Positions 46,401 through 60,213 are shown, counted from the first letter of the stretch. The stretch is 64,000 nucleotides of DNA from Oopsacas minuta (GCA_024704765.1 JAKMXF010000310.1:744001-808000), one strand, 5' to 3'. The notes: generated from the letters alone by a model not told the origin. Translations and numbers: made by a program.

Positions 46401-47993
46401 ATGAAGTCTGTAGCTACTTCTTCTACTTCTTGCTCCAGCCACCAACTGAGTGGTTGGTTCAGTGATACTGCTAAGAGACAACCTTTCTCTTTGTCAGCAT
46501 GGAGAGAGATGGGAGGGACAATAGAGGATAATCCACCGCGTGCTAATTACCACTTTATATCATCTAAAAGGAAAAGAGGAGAGATACCCTCTGGCATTCG
46601 TTATGTATTCTCTACAAATATGTTCTATGACAACCAGAAACCAAAGGGAAGAGCGTTATTCTACCATCTACAGGCACCAGAAAGTGACTACAACAATAGG
46701 ACTAAGAGTTCAATTGATTTTGAATTATTCCCTCAATCTTCTGTAAAATCTAATGATACTACTATTACAAATGGAGATCTGGATGTGTTCTCTGAATTGG
46801 AAGACATGAAAAATTTCTCAAAAGATGATTTTAGTCCTCCTACACTGATACCTATAACCGAGTCTCAATTTTCCTTCTCACCTCATTCCCTCCATAAACA
46901 ATCAAGTGATGGTGATATACCTGCCAATTTGTCACTGAATACATCCTCAGAGGCTGACATATCTACAACACCTACTTCTGCACATATATCTTCAAGGTTA
47001 CCTTCACAACCTCTTAAATCGCTTGAGGATATGTTCAGCACATCCCAAGACACCCAACAGAATATTACTATATTTAATACACATACGTGTATATCTAGTA
47101 ATACAGAGAAATCAATTTCACAGGAGTTCCTTGCTCCAACTCCCTCGCGACCTATTGCCAATCCTATTCACTCCATAGCTGAAGAGGAAGAGATTAATTA
47201 TTCTGAGAAATCTGTAGATATTTCACCGACAGAAGAAATTCTTAATTATTCAAAATCTGAATTCAGTTCGCCTTCACCGTTATCTATGAATGAGTCTCAA
47301 TTCTACTTCTCGTCACCACCCGCTAAACGACAGTGTAGGAATGAATTACCTACAGATCTGTTATTACATACTCCCTCACCATCAGATGATGAGCTAAGAA
47401 CATCAGATCATAGACCCTTATCTCCTACTTCACAACATTCATTACCATTTAATGATATTGATATCTTTAAATCTACTCCATCTGATACACAATTGGATAC
47501 AGATATTATTTGTGATAATAATTTGGATGTTATTGTTAGTTCACGTCAATCTCCAAGGACAGGAAATGTTAGTTCTCAAGAATTCTTTACTCCTAATGTT
47601 CCCCTCTCTGTTAATACAGTCATCCGCTCAATAGTTAAAGAACATGCGACCTCTCCTCTAAGAGAGGATGTAGCCTCTTCAGGATCTCCCCCAGATAAAG
47701 AGTGTCCCCTCTCTCCCTCTGATAAGGGGAATCCCCTCTCTCCCTCTGATAAGGGGAATCCCCTCTCACCATTGCCTACAGATCATATGATTCCAGAGAA
47801 AACACCCTCACCAATTCTATTTATAAATGATAAATGCTCAGATTCTACTACTACTTCAGATATAAGCCTAGAGCTATCTCCCAGTAGTGTTCTATTGAGT
47901 TATCATGATATAGTCTCTGGGAGTATAAAGAGAGCTTTGAGCTACTTCTCAGAGGACGAATTGACATTCCTTAAGAAGTATAATAAATGTTAG
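46401..47993 (+). CDS. S/P/T-rich protein with a possible N-terminal BRCT-like (TERB2-type) domain, 530 aa
   Basis: Long intact ORF. LSGWFSD...AWREMGGTIEDNPPRANYHF resembles the GWF...W...GG.I.D..AxFLF pattern of TERB2-type BRCT-like domains. The remainder is low complexity with an internal duplication. Confidence 0.5.
   Translation: MKSVATSSTSCSSHQLSGWFSDTAKRQPFSLSAWREMGGTIEDNPPRANYHFISSKRKRGEIPSGIRYVFSTNMFYDNQKPKGRALFYHLQAPESDYNNRTKSSIDFELFPQSSVKSNDTTITNGDLDVFSELEDMKNFSKDDFSPPTLIPITESQFSFSPHSLHKQSSDGDIPANLSLNTSSEADISTTPTSAHISSRLPSQPLKSLEDMFSTSQDTQQNITIFNTHTCISSNTEKSISQEFLAPTPSRPIANPIHSIAEEEEINYSEKSVDISPTEEILNYSKSEFSSPSPLSMNESQFYFSSPPAKRQCRNELPTDLLLHTPSPSDDELRTSDHRPLSPTSQHSLPFNDIDIFKSTPSDTQLDTDIICDNNLDVIVSSRQSPRTGNVSSQEFFTPNVPLSVNTVIRSIVKEHATSPLREDVASSGSPPDKECPLSPSDKGNPLSPSDKGNPLSPLPTDHMIPEKTPSPILFINDKCSDSTTTSDISLELSPSSVLLSYHDIVSGSIKRALSYFSEDELTFLKKYNKC
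47706..47767 (+). repeat. 27-bp coding tandem repeat (PLSPSDKGN) x2.3
   Basis: CCCCTCTCTCCCTCTGATAAGGGGAAT at 47706 and 47733, partial at 47760. Confidence 0.9.
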
Positions 47994-49167
47994 TACAGTA
48001 TATCACTTATCTAGTTGATTTATAATATAATCATTTTATCAAATTACAGTAGATCCGTTTAATAACTTGTGACCATGGGCTTATTGCTTTGTATTCGTAG
48101 AATATTTTTCGGAATACATTGAATTTTCTTAACCACAATGTGGAAATTCATTGTAAACAACGAAGATGCCACAATATTTAGTACTTTTTAGCTGAAAATC
48201 GAAGGACCATAAGCGTTTCCACAACTTGGGAATAAAATGTTGACTATAATGTTGAGCTCTAATTTCTAAACTGAAAAATATAGTTTAATAATCCAAATAT
48301 TTCCATAAAGAAGCACCTTCGCGTTGCTTTAAAGTAACGGAACGGCGTTCCCCTCCGTCCCTCCCAATACACCCCTGGCCCAGTGGCGGATCTCTCAATT
48401 TTCTAGTATTCTAGTGGGATCGGAACGTAGCCCCGCCCTTAGACAACAATAATTACTACCACATTAACCTTTCTACTGTCACCTAGGTTATCTTGAAACA
48501 ATTTGTCCTAACTGCGTAGTACACATTTTGTTGGAGTGTTTCAGATTGACTTTTGTGCTTGACAGGATACATTTGATCAGGGCAATAGTAATACTCGAAA
48601 ATATTACTCCTTAGATCAATACAAAGCTATATCCCTGATATTTTTGTGAGATCACGTAATATTGAGGTTAAAATGCGAGTAACCGAGCCAAAATTTTAGA
48701 GTTTGCAATTTGAGCCAAATATTGCAGTGAATTAATAATATAATATATTAATGATTTAATTCCACAATTATCTTATGTTATGTTTGGCTACTCTGCTGGG
48801 ATATCCTTATTCCCAGTTAGCTTGAGTCAGTACAAGAATAGAGATCGAATTTTTCGAATATGGTAGTACAAGTTATGGGTACAAATGTTGGTTAGACCAG
48901 GATTTGGCTATTCACTTGGAGCAGGGTTGATAAAAATCATGATTTTTTTAAAAAAATCAAAAAAATCGGATTTTTTTTATTTAAATCGGATTTTTATTAA
49001 TTTAAATCCGATTTTGTTTGACAGCTGACTGAACCATCCGGCCGTATCACCTGTCCTTGTTATAATAATGTATGCGTATTTATGAATTGTGAAGATTGAT
49101 ACATATAAATAAATGAATACATAATTGTGGTCTATCTCGTAGAATATAGTGTAGAAAATAGAATAAT

Positions 49168-50862
49168 TTAATTTTTCATGTTCAATATCCTATAAACGAA
49201 CACCAGTTTAGCCGCCTTCTCAATTCCAAGTCGGTTGCGAGTTTTTGACTGTATATATCCAAATGTAGAAAATATACGTTCAATTCCCGCACTTGAAGCA
49301 ATTGCGGTGAGAAGTTGTTCAGCAACTTTAGTAATATCTTTCCCCAACGTTCCATGCATTGATGCCCACCAGCAAGCTGGCGTAATATTATCAACTACAT
49401 CGTCACTAAACATGTAGGATTTGAAAGGATCATATCCTGCTTTGAACTGCAAGACAGTCGCCATTGCATTTGGACAATGCTGATGAATATATTCCATTGC
49501 ATCGGTAGCTTCTTTCTCAGTGAGTTTTCTTCCTCTATACCTTGGGTCTATTAAGTTCGCAGAAAAGTGTGCTGGAGAAATAGCTTGGGCAGCTCTTTCG
49601 TCTACTTTTCTTAGTACATGTGCCGGTTGCTGTGAACTTAGAAGATCCTCATAAAGTGTTTTCCATACTTCAACTGTATCGCTAATTATAGCATTTTCCC
49701 TTTGAATTCTATCTAGAGCAACTGAAATTGGTTTTAATCTAATAAAGAGATCTTCAGCGTTACGTTTGATAGAATAATTCTTAACTTTATTACCAATGTT
49801 CGAATTTATCTCATCACGATATTCCTCACAGACCTGTACAAGGATATGCCAGTTAGAAATATAGCTTTTCAAACAGTCCGTCAAAGTATTCCATCTAATT
49901 TCATGTGGGATAACAAGAGAATTACCACCAGCTTGCTTGTATCTAGCTGCAGGTAGATGTGTATGTCTAAAATATTTGACTATCTGGACAACTTGTTCTT
50001 TTACCCCAGTAATCTGTACATCTTGTGCTAATAGGTTCAACAAATGAGCAGAGCATCCGTATGTCAATATTTCATTCGGTATCCTTTTTTGTAAATCTCT
50101 TCTCATTTTTGCCATATTGGCTGCGTTGTCAGTTACAACGTTACGTACATGACATCTAAAATTTATCTCACAGGAAATAATAGCATCTGCAGCAAGTTCT
50201 GCCAGATATTCTGATGTGTGACTATGTCCAGAGGTATCAATTGTCTCAGTAAGGAAAGTCCCTCCTTTGTCAGTTGTAACACTCACACACACGACAGGTT
50301 CATTATGTACGTTACTCCATCCATCCAGTGATAAGGAGACTGTCTTATCCTCCAGGGTTTTTCTGCATGTATCCAAGAGAGATCCTTGTACATTATTTAA
50401 TAGTTTATTCCCTATATCATGGCGATTTGGTGGTATATAACCTGGCCGTAGCATCTTTATTAGTTTCATAAACTCGGGGTGTTCAACAGCTATAAAAGGC
50501 GTGTTAGTTGCGTAAATATAACGAGCAATTTGGAGATCCAGTAATTCTGCCTCTGATTTCGAAGTCTTCATGACATATTCACCGATATGAGTAATCCTAG
50601 GTCTTTTTTCTTTAGCAAAAAGACTTGTATCAGGCACTTCTCCACATAATGCAGTTGATCTGGCTACTAAATCAATTGATTCATTTTCAGCTATTATGGG
50701 ATGGTCTTGCATGCTGCATGAAGAATAATGTTGCTTAAGGCGGTTGACCACCCCCTGCATCTCCTTTTTGCAAAGTTTACACCTTGCTTTCCAGCCAGCA
50801 ACTCCTTCTGTCGTATACCGTTCGAAGTGGACCCATATATCATCTTGTTTCCTACCTGCCAT
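49168..50862 (-). CDS. hAT transposase (BED zinc finger, DUF659-type core, hATC dimerisation domain), 564 aa, uninterrupted
   Basis: IWVHF...ARCKLC...LKQHYSSC (BED); SLSLDGWSN (D); VVTDNAANM (D); YGCSAHLLNL (CxxH); IRWNT; SSAGIERIFS (E). Confidence 0.93.
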   Translation of the reverse strand: MAGRKQDDIWVHFERYTTEGVAGWKARCKLCKKEMQGVVNRLKQHYSSCSMQDHPIIAENESIDLVARSTALCGEVPDTSLFAKEKRPRITHIGEYVMKTSKSEAELLDLQIARYIYATNTPFIAVEHPEFMKLIKMLRPGYIPPNRHDIGNKLLNNVQGSLLDTCRKTLEDKTVSLSLDGWSNVHNEPVVCVSVTTDKGGTFLTETIDTSGHSHTSEYLAELAADAIISCEINFRCHVRNVVTDNAANMAKMRRDLQKRIPNEILTYGCSAHLLNLLAQDVQITGVKEQVVQIVKYFRHTHLPAARYKQAGGNSLVIPHEIRWNTLTDCLKSYISNWHILVQVCEEYRDEINSNIGNKVKNYSIKRNAEDLFIRLKPISVALDRIQRENAIISDTVEVWKTLYEDLLSSQQPAHVLRKVDERAAQAISPAHFSANLIDPRYRGRKLTEKEATDAMEYIHQHCPNAMATVLQFKAGYDPFKSYMFSDDVVDNITPACWWASMHGTLGKDITKVAEQLLTAIASSAGIERIFSTFGYIQSKTRNRLGIEKAAKLVFVYRILNMKN

Positions 50863-50950
50863 ATCAAGTGTTGTTAAATGCTAAGGATAGTAGTAATCTA
50901 ATAGTTATAAATCTTTTGTAAGTGGTTGTTTAAATATATATATATAGACT

Positions 50951-51087
50951 CAGGGTCGCTTATTAATAACCAGCTTAATATGAACATTCGTTCATTATGA
51001 ACAACCTCTCAGGTCCCGATTCTTCGGCTTACATAAGATTTGTACTCAGCCAAGTCATTATGAAGGGGTTCACAATAAGCGACCCTG
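50951..51087. mobile_element. 137-bp MITE-like inverted-repeat insert in the hAT 5' region
   Basis: Perfect 14-bp inverted repeats CAGGGTCGCTTATT / AATAAGCGACCCTG, with ACT on both flanks (50948-50 and 51088-90). Confidence 0.6.
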
Positions 51088-52006
51088 ACTGTACAAATCA
51101 TTTATTTTTATTTAAATCGAACAACCCTGCCGTCAAATGAATAGATTTTCGATAGGTATAAATTTATAATAGCAAAATGGACATAATCAGCTTGATAAGA
51201 TAATAAAAACATAAAAATATTGAATTGAAAGAAGATATTTTGATAAAACTCGGATTTTTGATTTAAATCATGATTTTTATTAATAAAAATCATTGATTTA
51301 AATCAAACAACCCTGACTTGGAGTGCATGGGAGTAGTTTACCAGGGACAATCCCACTGGCACATATTACCTTTGGGGTGGCATGCCCCGTGCACGAGTTT
51401 ACCATGGAGACGTTAATTATTTATTTATTAACTAGATAAACATAAAGCCAGGGGATTTATTGTCTTCTCATACTACTTAACTTACTTAGAGACTGAGGCC
51501 ATTACTATTTGACATTAGCATGATGTGATTTTGTAAATATCTTCCCAACTATGTGTAGTCTGTAGTTGAATTATCTAAATGGCACCGCAAGCCATGTATG
51601 CTAGCTATATGCTATATTGTAGGCTTTGTAGTGGATTGATGTGTATTCCTATTACGTAATTATGGGAATCATAATTTTAAAATTCCCAATTATAGCAATG
51701 TATTATTTCTACTCAGAAGAATCCTTCTATTATTTTATTGTAACTTCAATTTCTGAGATATAAATATTTTATTTAAATTTTTAATGATTTATTATTTCAC
51801 TAGATTTCCTTATTGAAGTGCTTGACGATATATTCACTTTACAAAACTCAGAACTTTTGCGAATTTGCGAATCGAATATTTCATTTCAACCAAGATCTCT
51901 TTTCTTCGATTTTATAATAAACTTATCGAACGAATTACGAATTTCGAATTGTTTATAAGATCTCTATTGTGTATACTTCGTTCACTAATTACGTCGAAAT
52001 TTGGAA

Positions 52007-54361
52007 ATGAGTGTTTTGGAAGATCAACAATCTTTACCTAACGACAATACTCCTGAGGAGAAAGTGAAGAGAATGGTAGAACCAATAAATCTATTTGATC
52101 ACGAGGAGAGGAACAACAGTCCCTCTCTCCCTCTGCTCACCTGTGAAATAGAGTCTGTACAGTTACTTAGTGTCACGGTAGGATCTGGTGCATTCAGTGA
52201 AATCAGTCAGGTTATATGGTATGGCTCTTATTGCGCTGGAAAACGTATAAACTTGTTTCGTGTATCTCCTAGAGCTGGAAACAGTGATGAAGCATTCCTA
52301 TCATATTGTGAGAGAGCTATGACATTACGTCATCCTAATCTAGTAGAATTCTACGGTGTGTTCAGACCTCGTACAACATGCCCTATCCTTGTCACTGAGC
52401 TGATGTACTGTTCATTACGTCATCGTATAAACGCAGTAGCATATCCCACCCTTACCTTTATAGAGAAGTGTAACATAGCTTACAGTACTATATGTGCACT
52501 CACTTACCTCCATTCTATCACTCCCCCGCTAAATCACGGTAACCTAACTCCAGATAATATCCTACTCGATCAACAGCTACGTACTAAGGTCTCTGATGCT
52601 GGATTAGCCCGTACTCTAAGTGAGAACCACTCTAACATGCTGGAGTGCTATAAACACGTAGGTATACTAGCATACATGCCTCCGGAAGTAGATACAGACT
52701 GCTCTACGGCTACTGACGTGTTTAGCTTTGGAGTAGTATTCCTGGAAATGCTGTGTGAGATGTACCCACAGCCTGTAGCAGACCCGGTGATACCAGAACC
52801 TGACCATCTAAACTCATCAGCTGATCGCACTCAGAACGAGATAGAGAGACGTAGAATGTATCTTAACCTTATACAAGACCGTCCTTTCTGTAGCGAGATA
52901 ATACAGCACTGTCTGTCTGACGAGCCAGAGCAGCGTCCTGTAGCTGACTTCATAGCTAACATATTCAGGAACAAAGGACACGAATGGAAGAACAATGTCC
53001 CTGGGAACAGTGCTAAAATAGAGCTACCTCACTCTTTTATCTTCCCTCCTCCTTCTGACCAGATGCGAGGTAGTGAGATAATGACTCCTACTGAGAAACT
53101 GATGCTAGGTAACCTGCTAAACAGTCCTAGTCCTGCTGAACCCTCCAAAAGTATGTCTGTTATGTGGAGTGAGGCAAACAAGCATGGAGAGCTCACAGAT
53201 GCAAACAAAATATATTCAAATCCTCTCCCGGGACCCTCCTACTACACGCCAGCTGGTTTTGCTCCATTCCCTATGTCACAACGCGGAAATTTCGGTCCCT
53301 TCATGGGTCCTCACATCCCCATCCCATTTCCCACGGTCCCATCCTACAACTACAATCCCCGTAAGAACCGCATGCCTCTTCAACCTGTACCAGAGATACT
53401 CTCCAACTACACCCCTGACATGGAAGCACTACGTATAGAAGCTGGGGAGATGTACATAGAACGATTGGAGAGTTCAGCACAGCTAGAACCCATCTCCACT
53501 GACCACGTGCCTCTCCCCCAGAAGATCGACAGATGTGAAGTAATATCATGTGATAAGATTCTATTCTTATATGACCTACAGGAGGGATTCACGTATGCTT
53601 ATGACACTATGGTACAGAAATGGAATGAGGTACCACAGTGTCCTCGTGTAGGTGCTGCTCCTGTATTCTACAAGAACCAGCTAGTAGTTCTTGGAGGTAA
53701 GAAGGACCCTAGCTGTACCTTCATTGGGAAGGAGTTATTCGCGTTGGAATACGACCCCTTACACAGCTCCTGGAGTCAGAAGTATGCCTCTATGCTGAGA
53801 CACAGAAGATTCGCAGTAGCATTCTCTTATCGTGAGTTTATTGTAGTGATAGGAGGTGATTCTGGACTGAATAGTGTAGAAGTATACAGTGGTACCAAGG
53901 ATGTATGGTCTCGTGCTGCCAACTTCATTGAAACATCTCGTTTCGTGGATTCTGCTGTTGTTATTAATGACCACGCCTACGTGTTACTGAGCGCTCAGAC
54001 TAAACAGACTCTGAACAAATATTCAGTTGTATACTGGGCTAACTTATCTGTACTGAATGAGGGTAGTGATGATCTAGTATGGTTCCTATTGGATGACAAG
54101 ATTGCTCAACCTTCATATGCACTCGCGAAATGGGACAGTTTTCTATTCGCAGTTACCTGTGTTAGACAGTCCTACTCAGAACTTCTTGTATATGATATGG
54201 AGCGTAACCGCTGGGCTTTCCTCTGTAGCCTAAAGGTCAGACACACCCTCTGCGGAACAGGAGTCCTACAGACCGGACATAACTGCGCTCAGATATTTAT
54301 CCTCGGTGGGAATAACAGGGAAGGTGTAGGTGATCTAGTCTCCGTAAAAAGTTTAATTTAA
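52007..54361 (+). CDS. TKL-type pseudokinase + Pro-rich linker + Kelch-type beta-propeller, about 784 aa
   Basis: GSGAFSEI, CAGK, LRHPNLVEFYGV, HGNLTPDNILLD (HRD replaced), DAG, YMPPE, DVFSFGV. C-terminal LVVLGG / VVIGG..LNSVEVY...W Kelch-like repeats. First ATG is at 52007 (the ORF track starts at TTG 52001). Confidence 0.8.
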   Translation: MSVLEDQQSLPNDNTPEEKVKRMVEPINLFDHEERNNSPSLPLLTCEIESVQLLSVTVGSGAFSEISQVIWYGSYCAGKRINLFRVSPRAGNSDEAFLSYCERAMTLRHPNLVEFYGVFRPRTTCPILVTELMYCSLRHRINAVAYPTLTFIEKCNIAYSTICALTYLHSITPPLNHGNLTPDNILLDQQLRTKVSDAGLARTLSENHSNMLECYKHVGILAYMPPEVDTDCSTATDVFSFGVVFLEMLCEMYPQPVADPVIPEPDHLNSSADRTQNEIERRRMYLNLIQDRPFCSEIIQHCLSDEPEQRPVADFIANIFRNKGHEWKNNVPGNSAKIELPHSFIFPPPSDQMRGSEIMTPTEKLMLGNLLNSPSPAEPSKSMSVMWSEANKHGELTDANKIYSNPLPGPSYYTPAGFAPFPMSQRGNFGPFMGPHIPIPFPTVPSYNYNPRKNRMPLQPVPEILSNYTPDMEALRIEAGEMYIERLESSAQLEPISTDHVPLPQKIDRCEVISCDKILFLYDLQEGFTYAYDTMVQKWNEVPQCPRVGAAPVFYKNQLVVLGGKKDPSCTFIGKELFALEYDPLHSSWSQKYASMLRHRRFAVAFSYREFIVVIGGDSGLNSVEVYSGTKDVWSRAANFIETSRFVDSAVVINDHAYVLLSAQTKQTLNKYSVVYWANLSVLNEGSDDLVWFLLDDKIAQPSYALAKWDSFLFAVTCVRQSYSELLVYDMERNRWAFLCSLKVRHTLCGTGVLQTGHNCAQIFILGGNNREGVGDLVSVKSLI

Positions 54362-55027
54362 TCAGTGTCTTAGACAAATCTCCTACCCTCTCTATCCTCT
54401 TTAAACTATTAACTACTTATTCACTCACGCGCCAGGCCCTAGCGTATATAATTTCGATTTATCTTTCATAATGATTTGACTATTGAGTTCAATTCCGATT
54501 AGAATGTGTATATAAAAGCTTTATTTGAACTTTACTTGTTCTGTGTCGTATAAATTAGCTTGTTTATTAATGTGATTCATTCGTGATACAAATAATTTCT
54601 CAATTTCGTTCACGATACCAATACGGTAACAGATATTGTTCCTCTTCCAGGCATACCCGAGGGGCTATAAGATTGGTACCAAGGATAGGGAAAAGATACA
54701 ATAAAGATCTATACCTACATTAAATGCATTACTCTCTATTCAGTAACTCTAACATCAAAATAACCATATCCATGATTGAACCTATTGAAATTGAAATCCT
54801 GGGGGCCTGGCGTACACTGTACAATATCTCATATCGTTCTAAAGTAAGATAAATTTATTTGGAATGTGCTCAAAATACTTCTAATTAGGAATTGTTTAAA
54901 GACGCACTGTCATATTACTTTTGCTCGTGTTTCAGTAGGCATATTTGTGATTAATTAGTTTGATATACATCAGTTGTATTGGTGAATTTGTTTTCCTACT
55001 GTAGTTCCGGTAGTTGATACACTAAAT

Positions 55028-55388
55028 AATCGGTTCCCAACCTAGGGCCCATGGACTCCTTGGTGCACCACCGACTACAGCAAGTGGTCCACAGGATCTA
55101 TTACAGTCTATGGGAAGGTCCACAGAATGCCTTAACATTGGTATAGGAGTCCACTCAGGGTTTCATCCAAGGTTCTCAGTGCCATACGCCTAAAAATGGA
55201 TTCTAATTCATTTCATACGTATACGCCTAGACTATACATTTTGCATTTATGAAATAGCAGCTTCTACCCCTAGAGAGAAATTTTCATACTCCCAGAGATA
55301 TATTTGCCAAAATTTATGCGTCTGTAGGCCCGCCGCATACGCCTGGATAATACCCTGGGTCCACTGGTGAAAAAATTGGGAAACGCTG
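55028..55388. mobile_element. hAT (Buster/Charlie-like) MITE, 361 bp
   Basis: AATCGGTTCCCAACC ... TTGGGAAACGCTG termini. Flanks CACTAAAT / CGCTAAAT (7/8 TSD match). Confidence 0.6.
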
Positions 55389-56559
55389 CGCTAAATACAT
55401 ATCCATAGTAGTAATACTATTATACAATAAACTTGGGATTTAACGACATCGGCTTTAGCGACAGTTTCTTTGCCCATAAATCCGCAATAGATCTTGTACA
55501 CGCCATACTTCTTCTACAACGACCTGTTAGATAACTAAATTATTGTAGTTTATATGAAAATACAGTAAACGAATTTCTAACAAGTCCTAGAAACTCGGTT
55601 TTGAGCGGTAAGTTACGATTTTTTAATGTAAAATTGTAAATTATAAGTTAGATTGGTATTGGTAGACTGTATGTAATTGTATTTGCACTGTATTTGGAAT
55701 TATAAATACATCTTGAGAGCTTGATTTGACTAATTCTACAACCCACATCATTCCACACTTTAACAAAAGTAAGTGAATCGATGTTGATTTCCAATACCGA
55801 CTGACGATTATACAAATCAACTTTTGACCAAATCTACATATATTACAGTCATTAATTTAATGAATATAGAATACAAAACAACAGGATATGTTAATTTGAA
55901 TAACATAATATCACAAAAAAATATTTGCAGTATAAAGTTACAAACCAACTAGTACACAATATTACTACTAATGTAAAAGCTAGTAAAACTATTTACTAGA
56001 TTGATTAACCACCACTACATTTAATCATTAACCCCCGTTTGGCAAATATTTCCAAAGGATGCTAGAAATTTCGTCTTAACTGTTAGTTGAGGAGTAATCG
56101 TATGTAGATACCAATTTTCAAATCTATACCTACATGATTTATTATAGATAGATAGAGAGATCATATTTTCACAGCGTTTGGCATGTATTTTAATATGATG
56201 ATAGAAATTCATCTCAACTGTACTTCAGAGGTTGATGCCAATTTATATTGTAGTCAAATATTTAGTGGTTTTCTTGTTAGGGAAAGAATGAAATATTAGT
56301 GGATGGAGAATACATGCGTTTGGTTAACCGACATGCGGATAACTGATGTCTGGATAACTGACGTTCTACTGTATGTATTTAAAGTCACCTGGGAACATGA
56401 TGCAGAGGAAAGAGGCCATATTTACTAAATTTAAGAGGCCATATTCACCCATAGATTTCCTAATATGTTTTTTTTCATTTTGTTGATTTCTTACTTAAAT
56501 ATATTGCCTAACTGATAATCCTACTGCGATTCACCTTATCTTACGGGAACCTAGTTCCC

Positions 56560-56953
56560 AGGATCCTAGAAATACGTATACTGCATACATATACAGTTCG
56601 CTGATTCCGAATTTCGCATTATCAAGTTTCTCATATATATATAGTTATTGTTGTTTTCATGAATATAAAGTAAACAAATACTTGAAATCTCACAATATAC
56701 GTAGAGACTTGCTCTTTCGGCTACAATGGGATAACAAAGTATGCTGAATCCGAATTTCACACATTATATTTTCTCAAATGTAAATTCTCTGTTGTATTAT
56801 GTATATGAAGTAAACAAATTGTTGAAATATTAATTTATTCATTCAATTTTGCCAATTTATACTTTTCTAAATTCGAAGCACGAAGTGCCGAGTCCCATCC
56901 GAACACAAATTGTTCGCAAGCCGCTTCGCTTGCTCGCGCTGCGCGGCTCGTTT
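56560..56953 (+). mobile_element. Helitron-like family copy (3' part)
   Basis: Subunits GCTGAATCCGAATTTC...AAAGTAAACAAAT and 3' end GCACGAAGTGCCGAGT...GCCGC-core-GCGGCTCGTTT. Confidence 0.5.
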
Positions 56954-58213
56954 CCAATTATAACTCAATATTCGTTATATTAATGACAAATCAGGACTAA
57001 TTTGTAGTACATGTATGAATTCCTATACCTTTATGATACATTTTGTTATATCTCTCACCAATTCCGTAAACGTAATTGTGAATATGCTCAATTGTCCTGT
57101 GGTTGTTTTTAACATTACGTAATAATTTTCAGAGATTTTATATCAATATGGTTACAAGTGTATGGAAGTTGAATATTTACTACAATTGGCTATCCTGAGT
57201 TGACAAAGCTAATGATTATCCCTTGCGACACTTTTTTTCGAATTATTAGCTGAATACTGTCGGGAAAATATGTGATTTTAAGACGTCAAAATGGTGCTAA
57301 AATTTGGTTTTTGATGCGGGAAATGGTTCAAGCGAAGTGGTAAAATTTTTGTGTTCATTTCATTACGGATGTGAAACTTCGGTCGTAATCGGTTAGTAGC
57401 TGAAAGTTTTACTGCTATTCAGTTTTTGTGATCTTTTCAAAAATGCAATATAAATATTCAAAACTCATATATTTTATTTTATTTACTATACAGTTAACAT
57501 CCGGAACGGTTTTTAAAACGCGAGGAAATTGAAATTCTTCGAGATAACGAATGTTGGAGTTAACTGGCATTCGAGTTACCGGATGTTGACTGTAAATGCT
57601 TACTAGACACATTTTTGCTCATTAATGAAAATTTAAAATTCTTATTTCATACATATTACATTCAACAGTTGTATCAACAAATTTCCAATTGTATAGCCTT
57701 AGATTTAGGAAATATATTTGTTATGCATTAACTTCGTATTCTCGAATTCACCAGTATGTTACCATAACTCAATGAAAAGTTATCTAACAATTCTAAGGTA
57801 CCAAAACCTAATTTATTGTGTACATATGGGAACTTACTAATCGTGATATTAAAAGGGCTAATTTCATGAGTTGTCCTTTTCTACTTTTTATTTCTTGAAA
57901 GTTTTGCTATCAACGATCGACCGCTTTACTGCACATCTTCAATTGAGCCTTTTTTTATTTGTTGGCCTTTCCTAAAACGAGAGTACTTCATTTTCGAGTT
58001 CTATTGTATTAATTATTGTACTCGGTTCATGCAGCTTGCTTGAAACTGAGTCGAGCTAATGACAACTTGCAAAATTCGATCTATCAACTACTTATGAATT
58101 TGACCTAATGCAGCGTCGCCGTTTTGATTCGCAATCCATAGAATGTAAAATTGTAAATTAACGTAACAATAATCAAACAACACTCGAGAGTCGAGAACTA
58201 ATAATTATATTAG

Positions 58214-59698
<1,485 letters not shown>

Positions 59699-60213
59699 TT
59701 GTATCTCAATTGTTTCATAATATTGATCACTTCTATTCCGATTTTAGTTTGATTAACAAATGTATCAGAGTATTGTGCGGTCAGTAAGGGTAGTACGTAA
59801 CGTACCTGGTAGGATAAGTTACTTGTATTGTACTTGTAGGTATATTTAAGGAAACATTCCAATACGACTATACTAAAGATAAGGCCTGATCACTACTTTG
59901 GACCAGGGATAAGAGGAAATGGATATATTTTGATGGGAAATTCTATAATCGCCGATAATAAGAAACTGGCAGAGTTGCACCGAATACATGTATTATTGAT
60001 ATGTAAGAATTCACAAAAGCCACATTTTTTAAATTTTCAGATCGAAGTGACGTCATCTGTTAGCATTATTGGCAAATATATATTAAAACTGCTCGATCTT
60101 TTATAACATGTTGAACGTTAATTATTAATCTATGCTCAGAATGTTGAAATACCAGATACTCTAAGCTTCCTGCGGCGCTAACGATTTTAATATACATATG
60201 TCTTAAACGAAAA

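Larger units (their letters stand above)
48922..51315 (-). mobile_element. Full-length hAT transposon, 2394 bp, perfect 8-bp TSD
   Basis: CAGGGTTG termini at 48922 and 51315. ACTTGGAG at 48914-48921 and 51316-51323. Subterminal GATTT/AAATC repeats at both ends. Confidence 0.93.
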
